NCBI GenBank assembly: GCA_015068725.1
Contig: SVKA01000002.1
Coordinates: 51,207 to 115,206, forward strand
DNA length: 64,000 nucleotides
Source of the DNA: Oscillospiraceae bacterium
GTDB taxonomy: Bacteria > Bacillota > Clostridia > UBA1381 > UMGS1253
Direction: 5' to 3'
Below, piece after piece: positions 31,082-38,281 of the stretch; the first letter of the stretch is position 1; the number at the start of each line of letters is the position of its first letter. Both the position numbers and the translations under genes were made by a program. Under the pieces are notes generated by a model, which ran no database searches, was not told where the DNA came from, and saw only the letters and a program-made list of their open reading frames with translations.

Positions 31082-31885
31082 ATGCTTTTGCGAGACAAAT
31101 TTTGGCTATGGGGACATCCCGCGGGAAGGTATAATTTAAACGCAGACAATTACGGTTGCCATGACGTATCAAGAATGACACCTATGGAGGCTTGCCTTTA
31201 TCTTGGTATAAAAAACACTTTTATGGTTCCGGTAGGCGTCGACGTAAATATGCGTCAATACAACAAATCTTTTACAACCTTAAACAATGTAGGTTGGGAG
31301 TGCTTTGACGCTTGTGACAAACCCGAAATAATTGATGAAATTATAGAGCAGGCAAAAGATTTTAAAAACATTTCTTGTGTCGTGCTTGATGATTTTAAAA
31401 ATGTAATAGATGGCGTTATACGTTACAAAAAATTTCCCGTTTCAATGATCGAAAGTATGAACGAAAAACTTCACAATAACAACGTTCGCAAACTTGATTC
31501 CTGGATGGTATTATATACGCATCTGTTTGGCGTCGATGATGCCGAAGATAAAGAATTCCAACCATACATGGATGCCGTTGACGGTATTATCATGTGGAAT
31601 TGGTGGGAAAAAAACTTTGAACAAATTCCCGAAAAATTTGAAATATTCAAAAAATACACCCCTAATACTCGCCGTATGGTCGGTTGTTATCTCTATAACT
31701 TCGGCGAGAAAAAGCAAGCGACAGGAAAAGCAGTAAAGTGGCAGCTCGACTATTACCGTGAGCTTTTGTTAAAGGGCGAAATTGAAGGAGTTGTACTTCA
31801 TACAAACACAATGGCAGATCTTGATTACGAGGCTTATGATGTGGCTGTCAAATGGATGGAAGAACACGGCGACGAACAAATATAA
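31082..31885 (+). CDS. Uncharacterised 267-aa cytoplasmic protein, divergent from an AraC regulator
   Basis: Clean ORF. I prefer the ATG at 31082 (AAGGAG 10 nt upstream) over the track start at 31055, which has no RBS. No signal peptide or TM helix. I recognise no family; there are conserved-looking W/H-rich segments (FWLWGHP, IIMWNWWE). Confidence 0.7.
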   Translation: MLLRDKFWLWGHPAGRYNLNADNYGCHDVSRMTPMEACLYLGIKNTFMVPVGVDVNMRQYNKSFTTLNNVGWECFDACDKPEIIDEIIEQAKDFKNISCVVLDDFKNVIDGVIRYKKFPVSMIESMNEKLHNNNVRKLDSWMVLYTHLFGVDDAEDKEFQPYMDAVDGIIMWNWWEKNFEQIPEKFEIFKKYTPNTRRMVGCYLYNFGEKKQATGKAVKWQLDYYRELLLKGEIEGVVLHTNTMADLDYEAYDVAVKWMEEHGDEQI

Positions 31886-31912
31886 CTTTTGCATAAATAT
31901 TTTTTACAATAA

Positions 31913-31963
31913 TAAAAAAACGGTCTTATGACCGTTTTTTTATGCCCGATTTATTAGTTTTTC
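31913..31963. repeat. Copy B of the ~50-bp terminator-containing direct repeat
   Basis: taaaaaaacggtcttatgaccgtttttttatgccCgaTttattaGtttTtC, 1798 bp downstream of copy A in the same orientation. Confidence 0.9.
31914..31941. terminator. Bidirectional intrinsic terminator, identical to the one at 30116
   Basis: Same A7-CGGTC-TTAT-GACCG-T7 hairpin. The stop codon of the downstream AraC gene lies in its loop. Confidence 0.75.
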
Positions 31964-32747
31964 TGTACTCACGCGGCGAATACCCCGTAAGCTGTTTAAA
32001 CACTCTTCCAAAATGCGTCAGATTATCAAAACCGCTGCGCATAGCTATATCTCCGATTGTAACCTTGTCATATAGCAAAAGCTTTTGTGCAAAAATAATT
32101 CTTCTGTAATTTATGTACTGGGTAAATGTAAAACCTGTATTACGTTTAAAAATTCTGCTAAGGTGCGCCTCGCTTACAAAAAACCTTTTCGCAACACTTC
32201 CAAGCGAAATCTGGTCGGTATAGCTTTCATTTACATAATCAATTATTTTTTCAAATTTAAGTCCCGATGATTGTACCTCGAGAGTATGTGCGCTTCTCAA
32301 TATAACAATAAGCATTTCAGTAAGCAGCGACGAAACATACGAATCGTGCCATTTTTCTGTCTTATTTTCCTGCAAAAGCATATTCATAAGGCGAAATACA
32401 CGCTTTTTTTCTTCGGCAGGCATATCCACAATTCCCGTATACTCACTAAGCTTATTTAAAATTTCTATATCGTGCACTGCTCTTTCATCAAAATAAAGCA
32501 CAACACGCTCATGTTTGTAATTCTCACACAAAATCGCCTTATGAAGCTTATCGGGCGGCATAATGAGTAAATCAAACGGTTTAAGATGATACGTTCTATT
32601 TTCTATAAACATATCAATATGTCCGTCAATAAGAAAATAAACCTCAAAAAATCTATGCACATGCTCTACAAATGGCTGTACTTCGCTTTCATGCACTATG
32701 CGGTCTATGTAAATTGGATTAAGCGTGCCGCTGGCATACTTTCTCAC
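31926..32747 (-). CDS. AraC family transcriptional regulator (cupin N-domain); non-ATG start
   Basis: Cupin segment (FEVYFLIDGHIDMFIENRTYHLKPFDLLIMPP) and a C-terminal HTH (IAMRSGFDNLTHFGRVFKQLTGYSPREYR). The first in-frame ATG would delete most of the cupin domain. The best start is GTG at 32745-32747, 6 nt after GAGGTG; the track uses TTG at 32780. The ORF reads through into the terminator hairpin. Confidence 0.8.
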   Translation of the reverse strand: MRKYASGTLNPIYIDRIVHESEVQPFVEHVHRFFEVYFLIDGHIDMFIENRTYHLKPFDLLIMPPDKLHKAILCENYKHERVVLYFDERAVHDIEILNKLSEYTGIVDMPAEEKKRVFRLMNMLLQENKTEKWHDSYVSSLLTEMLIVILRSAHTLEVQSSGLKFEKIIDYVNESYTDQISLGSVAKRFFVSEAHLSRIFKRNTGFTFTQYINYRRIIFAQKLLLYDKVTIGDIAMRSGFDNLTHFGRVFKQLTGYSPREYRKTNKSGIKKRS

Positions 32748-32812
32748 ATCTCTCACCTCACATGATATAAAATATCGCAAATTTATCTCAAAGATGCTAC
32801 ATTCTCACTAAC

Positions 32813-32872
32813 TTATCCGCATATAACATATCCTATGCCAATCGAATCGCCAATAAGCAATAAATTTTTCAT
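32813..32872 (-). pseudogene. 19-codon remnant resembling the N-terminus of an SGNH/GDSL hydrolase (or a leader mini-ORF)
   Basis: The minus strand encodes MKNLLLIGDSIGIGYVICG followed by a stop. AAGGAG RBS 8 nt upstream. LLIGDSI is the block-I GDS(L) motif, which lies at the extreme N-terminus of SGNH hydrolases. Confidence 0.35.
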
Positions 32873-32928
32873 AGTTTATTTCTCCTTTGACAATACATTT
32901 ACCAAACAACTTCTGTTTTACATATCCA

Positions 32929-32957
32929 ATTATATTACCGCATAAAAGAAAAGTCAA
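32929..32957 (-). promoter_or_regulatory. Near-consensus sigma-A promoter upstream of the mini-ORF and AraC gene
   Basis: Minus strand: TTGACT, 17 nt, TATAAT. Confidence 0.6.
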
Positions 32958-33001
32958 GCACGCCCTCCAAACACAAAAAATATATTAAAAATAAAAATTG
33001 A

Positions 33002-33030
33002 TTGAAATCTCACCAAATTTTTGTTATAAT
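33002..33030 (+). promoter_or_regulatory. Sigma-A promoter for trmL-degV
   Basis: TTGAAA, 17 nt, TATAAT with TG at the extended -10 position (TGTTATAAT). Confidence 0.6.
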
Positions 33031-33096
33031 ATATTAAAATGGGTTTTAAAAAGTTCTTATAAACCATTTACAAATGCAAGCGAAAGGGCGATATAA

Positions 33097-33591
33097 TTGA
33101 GTTTTAACCTTGTACTTCATGAGCCACAAATTCCGCAAAATACGGGCAATATAGCGCGCACATGTGCCGCTACGGGAAGCAGACTTCACATAATAAAGCC
33201 TACTGCTTTTGAAATAACAGATAAAAACTTAAAGCGCGCAGGACTTGACTACTGGCATTTGCTTGATATAACATATTATGAAAATCTCGATGATTTTTTC
33301 GAAAAAAATCCGGGAATCACATGCTACTTTGCCAGCACAAAAGCGCAGAAAACTCACTGTGATGTAAGCTATAAAGACGGCGATTATATAATGTTTGGCA
33401 AAGAAACGGCAGGGCTTGACGAAGAGCTTTTATATAACAACGCCGAAAACTGCATTCGCATTCCTATGATAAGCGATGCACGCAGTCTTAACCTTTCAAA
33501 TTCAGTGGCAATCGTTTTGTATGAGGCGCTTCGCCAGACAAACTTTGATTCGCTACTGCAAACAGGAAATCTCACCAGATTTACATGGTGA
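33097..33591 (+). CDS. trmL: tRNA (cytidine(34)-2'-O)-methyltransferase TrmL (SpoU/TrmH family)
   Basis: LVLHEPQIPQNTGNIARTCAATGSRLHIIKP and a C-terminal IPM...RSLNLSNSVAIVLYEA trefoil-knot motif. TTG start. Confidence 0.9.
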   Translation: MSFNLVLHEPQIPQNTGNIARTCAATGSRLHIIKPTAFEITDKNLKRAGLDYWHLLDITYYENLDDFFEKNPGITCYFASTKAQKTHCDVSYKDGDYIMFGKETAGLDEELLYNNAENCIRIPMISDARSLNLSNSVAIVLYEALRQTNFDSLLQTGNLTRFTW

Positions 33592-33625
33592 TTTTATAAA
33601 ATTAATACATAAGGAGGTAATACAT

Positions 33626-34516
33626 ATGCTTAATATTAAGTTTATGGTTGATTCCACAGCAGACATATCAAAAGAGTATGTAAAAGAAAACGACATAGAG
33701 GTGCTTGGTCTGCCGGTAATATTTGAGGACGGTACAATAAAGCATGACTGGGTAGAAATGGATGCAGATGAATTTTATGACAGATTGAAAAAATCAAATC
33801 AAATCCCCACTACCTCACAGGTGCCGCCCGACACAGTAGAGCAAATAATGCGCGATGCTCTTGCGGGACACGACGCGCTCATATTTATCACAATATCCTC
33901 AAAGGGCAGCGGCACATACAATTCTGCATGTATCGCAAAGCAAAACATATTAGAGGATATGCCCGATGCCAAAATTGAAATTATCGATTCTATGGCATAT
34001 TCGCTATTTATTACTATGATGCTTGACGAAGCAATTCGTCTGCAAAAAGAAGGAAAGTCAATTGAGGAAATAGTACAAGGTGCAAAGGATTTTCGCTCTA
34101 AGTATGACGTTTTGGTTGTAGTCGATACGCTAAAATATCTCGAAAAGGGCGGAAGAATTAACAAAGCAAGCCTTGTTGCAGGAACACTTCTTGACTTAAA
34201 GCCCGTTCTTTCCGTACGCGGCGGTGTGATGGAATCTATTGATAAATTCCGTGGCAGCAAAACGCTCATTTCAAAAATAATCAAAAAGCTTAAAACAACG
34301 GATATAGACCTTAACGACCCGAAATTCTGCATAGTTCACTCACAGGCAGACGAAAAAGCCAACGAGCTTTGGAATGCCGTACTTGCAGAGTTTGGTGACC
34401 ATCATAAGCTTGTGATGAAATCACAGATTGGCGCAGCCGTAGGAACTCACATAGGTCCCGGAACGCTTGCTCTTTTCTACAAATTAAATAATCCCGTTCA
34501 GATTTACGAAGACTAA
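33626..34516 (+). CDS. DegV family fatty-acid-binding protein
   Basis: MLNIKFMVDSTADISKEY ... TSQVPP ... SSKGSGTYNSA ... GGRINKA. The real start is the ATG at 33626, after AAGGAGG. The track's 50-codon N-terminal extension overlaps trmL. Confidence 0.9.
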   Translation: MLNIKFMVDSTADISKEYVKENDIEVLGLPVIFEDGTIKHDWVEMDADEFYDRLKKSNQIPTTSQVPPDTVEQIMRDALAGHDALIFITISSKGSGTYNSACIAKQNILEDMPDAKIEIIDSMAYSLFITMMLDEAIRLQKEGKSIEEIVQGAKDFRSKYDVLVVVDTLKYLEKGGRINKASLVAGTLLDLKPVLSVRGGVMESIDKFRGSKTLISKIIKKLKTTDIDLNDPKFCIVHSQADEKANELWNAVLAEFGDHHKLVMKSQIGAAVGTHIGPGTLALFYKLNNPVQIYED

Positions 34517-34518
34517 AA

Positions 34519-34558
34519 AACACAAAAAGACATCCTGCAAGGATGTCTTTTTTGTGTT
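34519..34558. terminator. Bidirectional terminator between degV and the AEC transporter gene
   Basis: About a 17-bp stem, AACACAAAAAGACATCC / GGATGTCTTTTT(T)GTGTT, with loop TGCAA. Confidence 0.7.
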
Positions 34559-34569
34559 ATAAGCACATT

Positions 34570-35502
34570 CTATTTTATAATCATAAAAATAAGCGGAATA
34601 GTTAAAACGGCAAACAAATGCGAAATAACAGCCATTCCGGCAGCCACCGTAGTATCTTTTCCATATGCGCTTGGAATTACGATAGTATTAAGTCCAAGCG
34701 GCATTGCGAGCGAGCAAAGCGCGCAAATATAAATCGTCTGCGATATTTCGAAAAATCTTGCAACCAATATAAAAATCACAGGCATAACAATGAGGCGTAT
34801 AAACGAAATGAAATAAATTTTCACATCTGTAAATGTCTTTTTAAGCGATATTGTCGAAACTACCACACCGGTCAAAATCATAGCAATCGGCGACATACAA
34901 TCTCCCGAAACATCGACAAGCGACACAAACCACATGGGAAGCTTAATCTTAAAAAGTCCAATCACCATACCCACAAGCATTGCAATAAACATAGGGTTTA
35001 CAAAAGATTTTGCCGTTTCTTTAAAGGTTTGCTTTTTTGTTGTATCAGCCATCAAAAGCCTCGGCACACCCCATACATAAATTAATATCCACAACGGCAG
35101 TGTAAATATCAGATATTCAAAAAATATATCGGGAAAAAGGCTCATCACAACCGCATTTCCCATAAAGCCGAAATTGGCAAACGACAATCCGTATGTATAA
35201 ATATTTTGAATGTATCTGTCCTTTGTAAGCAATTTTGAAACAAAAATTGCAAATGGTATCGCAACAAATGCTATGATAAAACTTATCAAAAGAAGATTTG
35301 ACGCCTTGCTTATTCTTTCAACAGTAAAATTTTCGATAAATGTTCCCATAACAAGCGCAGGGATAAAAAGCGTATTTTCAAGCTTTGATAAAACTACCGA
35401 CGAGTTATCCGGCAAAATCTTCCACTTTGCGAGCACATATCCTATAATGATAAAGCTAAAAAGGAAAGCCGTCTGATTTAATGTCGATGTAAAAAGATTC
35501 AT
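34570..35502 (-). CDS. AEC (auxin efflux carrier) family transporter
   Basis: 310 aa with about 10 predicted TM helices and the family-typical N-terminus (FLFSFIIIGYVLAK..IL). GGAGG RBS. Confidence 0.8.
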   Translation of the reverse strand: MNLFTSTLNQTAFLFSFIIIGYVLAKWKILPDNSSVVLSKLENTLFIPALVMGTFIENFTVERISKASNLLLISFIIAFVAIPFAIFVSKLLTKDRYIQNIYTYGLSFANFGFMGNAVVMSLFPDIFFEYLIFTLPLWILIYVWGVPRLLMADTTKKQTFKETAKSFVNPMFIAMLVGMVIGLFKIKLPMWFVSLVDVSGDCMSPIAMILTGVVVSTISLKKTFTDVKIYFISFIRLIVMPVIFILVARFFEISQTIYICALCSLAMPLGLNTIVIPSAYGKDTTVAAGMAVISHLFAVLTIPLIFMIIK

Positions 35503-35544
35503 ATTTATAACCTCCTATAAATTATATTAAATCTAATTAAATAC

Positions 35545-35578
35545 ATAAAACAAAAATCCCATCTCTCGACAGGATTTT
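35545..35578 (-). terminator. Hairpin and T-run after tRNA-Gln
   Basis: Minus strand: AAATCCTGTC-GAGA-GATGGGATTT (with G-U pairs), then TTTGTTTT. Confidence 0.5.
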
Positions 35579-35580
35579 AT

Positions 35581-35654
35581 TGGTTGCGGAAGAAGGATTC
35601 GAACCCTCACAAAACGAGTCAGAGTCGTTTGTGCTACCTTTACACAATTCCGCA
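35581..35654 (-). tRNA. tRNA-Gln (anticodon CUG), CCA encoded
   Basis: Hand-folded from TGCGGAA-TT-GTGT-AAAGGTA-GCAC-A-AACGA-CTCTGAC-TCGTT-TTGT-GAGGG-TTCGAAT-CCTTC-TTCCGCA-A-CCA. It has U33, anticodon CTG, A37, a TTCGAAT T-loop, and the U1-A72 pair typical of bacterial tRNA-Gln. Confidence 0.9.
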
Positions 35655-35675
35655 ATATTTATCAGCTACCTAAAT

Positions 35676-35704
35676 ATGATACACCCTTTTGTGATATTTG
35701 TCAA
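35676..35704 (-). promoter_or_regulatory. Sigma-A promoter for tRNA-Gln
   Basis: Minus strand: TTGACA, 17 nt, TATCAT, about 20 nt upstream of the mature 5' end. Confidence 0.6.
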
Positions 35705-35753
35705 GCTTTTTTTTATATTTTCCCAATTTATTTTTTATTTATACCCTTAAAGG

Positions 35754-35786
35754 CAAAAAATACAGGGAGCCATATATATGACTCCC
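35754..35786 (-). terminator. Intrinsic terminator after rplT
   Basis: Minus strand: GGGAGTCAT-ATAT-ATGGCTCCC, then TGTATTTTTTGCC. Confidence 0.65.
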
Positions 35787-35799
35787 AATAATTTTTTAA

Positions 35800-36153
35800 T
35801 TAAAGCGCAGCCTTTGCCTTTTCAACCAAAGCAGTGAATGCAGCAGGGTCTGCAATTGCAATCTCAGAAAGCATCTTTCTGTTGATATCAATTTCAGCCT
35901 TCTTCAAGCCATTCATAAATCTTGAATAGTTCATTCCGTTCATCTTTGCAGCAGCACTGATTCTTGCAATCCACATGCGACGGAACTCTCTCTTCTTCTG
36001 CTTTCTGCCGATATATGCATATACAAGCGACTTCATAACAGCCTCATTAGCTGTTCTGAAAAGCTTGCTCTTTGCTCCGCGGTAACCCTTTGCGAGCTTC
36101 AAAACCTTTTTATGTCTTTTTCTGGTGGTCAATGCACCTTTTACTCTTGCCAT
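35800..36153 (-). CDS. rplT: 50S ribosomal protein L20
   Basis: [33 protein letters not shown]... Confidence 0.97.
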   Translation of the reverse strand: MARVKGALTTRKRHKKVLKLAKGYRGAKSKLFRTANEAVMKSLVYAYIGRKQKKREFRRMWIARISAAAKMNGMNYSRFMNGLKKAEIDINRKMLSEIAIADPAAFTALVEKAKAAL

Positions 36154-36185
36154 TGCTTATTTCCCTTCTTTCCGAATTGTAAATT

Positions 36186-36383
36186 TTATTTGTATGGAAT
36201 TAGTTTTTTGATAGTCGCTTCATTAGCGGGGCTTGCATACGCAGGCATACGCAATCCTCTCTTTCTCTTAGTCGACTTCTTGGTCAAAATGTGGCTTCTG
36301 AAAGCGCTTCCTCTTTTAACCTTACCGGACTTAGTCAAAGAAAATCTCTTTGCTGCTCCTTTGTGTGTCTTTATTTTAGGCAT
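36186..36383 (-). CDS. rpmI: 50S ribosomal protein L35
   Basis: [24 protein letters not shown]... Confidence 0.97.
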   Translation of the reverse strand: MPKIKTHKGAAKRFSLTKSGKVKRGSAFRSHILTKKSTKRKRGLRMPAYASPANEATIKKLIPYK

Positions 36384-36458
36384 TATAATACACTCCTTCC
36401 AACTTGTAATTTTATTATAGCCATTTCCTCATTTTGAGGTAATGTGTAACTATCCGAT

Positions 36459-36950
36459 TTATGCCTTGGGCGCCATAAACATAACCATGCTTCTGCCCTC
36501 AAGCTTGGCATTTTTATCTACACTACCGTACTCAGACGCAGCATCGGCAAATCTTTGCAAAAGCTCTGCTCCGATTGCAGAGTGATTAATCTCACGTCCG
36601 CGAAAACGTACAGCAACCTTTACCTTACTTCCGCTCTTTAAAAACTTAATAGCAGAATTAAGCTTTGTTTCAAAATCGTGCGTATCAATAGAAGGCGAAA
36701 GTCTGACCTCTTTTACTTCCATAACCTTTTGATTTTTGCGATTTTCCTTCTCTCGCTTTGCCACTTCAAACTTATACTTGCCATAATCCATAATCTTGCA
36801 CACGGGCGGCTTTGCCGTAGGCGCAATTTTAACAAGGTCAAGATTTGCATCAATAGCTGCCTGCTGAGCCGTTGCAATATCAACTACGCCGAGCTGTGCG
36901 CCATCTTCGCCAATCAAGCGAACCTCTTTATCACGGATTTGTTCATTAAT
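36459..36950 (-). CDS. infC: Translation initiation factor IF-3, ATT start codon
   Basis: The track ORF starts at an internal TTG (LIGEDGAQLGV). Reading upstream in frame gives ATT-AAT-GAA-CAA-ATC-CGT-GAT-AAA-GAG-GTT-CGC = INEQIRDKEVR, the canonical IF-3 N-terminus. AAGGAG sits 6 nt before the ATT at 36948-36950. Confidence 0.9.
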   Translation of the reverse strand: MNEQIRDKEVRLIGEDGAQLGVVDIATAQQAAIDANLDLVKIAPTAKPPVCKIMDYGKYKFEVAKREKENRKNQKVMEVKEVRLSPSIDTHDFETKLNSAIKFLKSGSKVKVAVRFRGREINHSAIGAELLQRFADAASEYGSVDKNAKLEGRSMVMFMAPKA

Positions 36951-37165
36951 TTGCTGCTCCTTGTTACTGATAATGTATCACCATCCACTTTAAATTATAA
37001 GGCATCCGCCTTACCGATTTATAAAAACAAAAAACGGACAAGCAGGCAAACCCACTCATCCGTAAATACACATAAATAACCGATGCAAAAGCACCGCTTT
37101 ACACATATTTAACCGAATAGGCCCTGCCGTACGGTGAGAGCAAACAAGATGCCCTACTTTGTTTT
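36951..37165 (-). promoter_or_regulatory. Structured 5' leader of infC-rpmI-rplT with an internal intrinsic terminator (L20-leader-type attenuator, putative)
   Basis: About 200-nt untranslated leader between the promoter at 37173-37201 and infC. On the minus strand (plus coordinates 37022-37062) it contains ACGGATGAG...CTTGTCCGT followed by TTTTTTGTTTTT. This is the position where Firmicutes carry the L20-binding ribosomal-protein leader. Confidence 0.5.
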
Positions 37166-37172
37166 CTATGAT

Positions 37173-37201
37173 AGTATAACACGTCTTTTTTTCTTTGTCA
37201 A
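37173..37201 (-). promoter_or_regulatory. Sigma-A promoter for the infC operon leader
   Basis: Minus strand: TTGACA, 17 nt, TATACT with extended -10 TG (TGTTATACT). Confidence 0.6.
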
Positions 37202-37229
37202 GTATTTATTTAAAACTTTTTTCACCAAT

Positions 37230-38246
37230 TTACCTTGCCATACATTTTGCCAAAAAATTCTCAATGCCAATCCATTCGTCAACCTTGCCCTGCTTTATAT
37301 TATAATCAATTCGGGCAATTTCTTTTACCGTTTCACGCAAAAATTGCTTTTCAAATCCGTTTGCAGCGTTTATATAATCGCGCACAAAATATGGCGAAAC
37401 CTTAATTGCCGCTGCAATAGTATTAGGCGCTTGTCCACGTTCAAGCAAAAGCTTTGCATGAAATATGCGCTCAAAATTTGTAAACAGCATCGCCAGTATC
37501 ATAAATGCAGATTCTTTCAAGACCTTAAGCTCATCAAGACGTGCAAATACAGTTTTTGCGTCCTTTTTCATAAGAGCATTTACCATGTCAAAGACTCTGC
37601 TCTGTGGCATCTTTGTAACGATTTTATCGATATCTGAGCACGTAATCTTGTCCTGGCAATACGCAAACAACTTTTCAAGCTCGCGCTTTATATTGTTCAT
37701 ACCGCCATCGCAGCTTCGTATCAAATACTCAACCTCGGCTTTTCCAATCGTTTTTCCCGCCTCACGGCAGCCGCGCCCTATCCAGTTTATGAGCTCTACC
37801 CCTTCAAGATATACACACTCGACCAAAACACCATACTTTTCAATGGCTTTGTATAATACACCGCGTTTGTCAACCTCTTCTTCATAAAAAATGAGTACAA
37901 CATCATCACTTATACCAGAAAGCTTTTCTGACCAATATTGTTTTGCCTGTTCTGTCGCCTTCGAAAATATAGTGCTGTACTTGATAACGACCACTTTTCT
38001 TTGCGCCATCATAGGAGGAGTTTCAAGTGCGAGCGTAATCTCATCAAAATCCTGCTTTACCCCCTCGAAAACAACATAGTTAAAATCGGCAAAATCCTCA
38101 TCCACAAGATTTTTTTTGAGCGTGCCAAAATAATAGCTTTTCAGAAAGTCCTCCTCTCCAAAAAACAAATAGATATTATCATATTCTCCTGATTTAAGCT
38201 GATTTTTAAGTATCGAAAGACCATTTGCCACGCTTTTTTTCGCCAC
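37230..38246 (-). CDS. holA: DNA polymerase III delta subunit
   Basis: About 338 aa. Delta N-domain pattern (YLFFGEEDFL...), conserved comEC-holA synteny. GTG start at 38244-38246 after GGGGTGA; the alternative is the track TTG at 38267. Confidence 0.85.
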   Translation of the reverse strand: MAKKSVANGLSILKNQLKSGEYDNIYLFFGEEDFLKSYYFGTLKKNLVDEDFADFNYVVFEGVKQDFDEITLALETPPMMAQRKVVVIKYSTIFSKATEQAKQYWSEKLSGISDDVVLIFYEEEVDKRGVLYKAIEKYGVLVECVYLEGVELINWIGRGCREAGKTIGKAEVEYLIRSCDGGMNNIKRELEKLFAYCQDKITCSDIDKIVTKMPQSRVFDMVNALMKKDAKTVFARLDELKVLKESAFMILAMLFTNFERIFHAKLLLERGQAPNTIAAAIKVSPYFVRDYINAANGFEKQFLRETVKEIARIDYNIKQGKVDEWIGIENFLAKCMAR

Positions 38247-38281
38247 ACTCTCACCCCTTGTTTTCAAATTTTCACAAATCT

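Noticed and set aside
33476-33625. 50-codon N-terminal extension of DegV overlapping trmL
   Set aside because: The extension has no RBS. A canonical AAGGAGG-ATG at 33626 yields the conserved DegV N-terminus (MLNIKFMVDSTADI).
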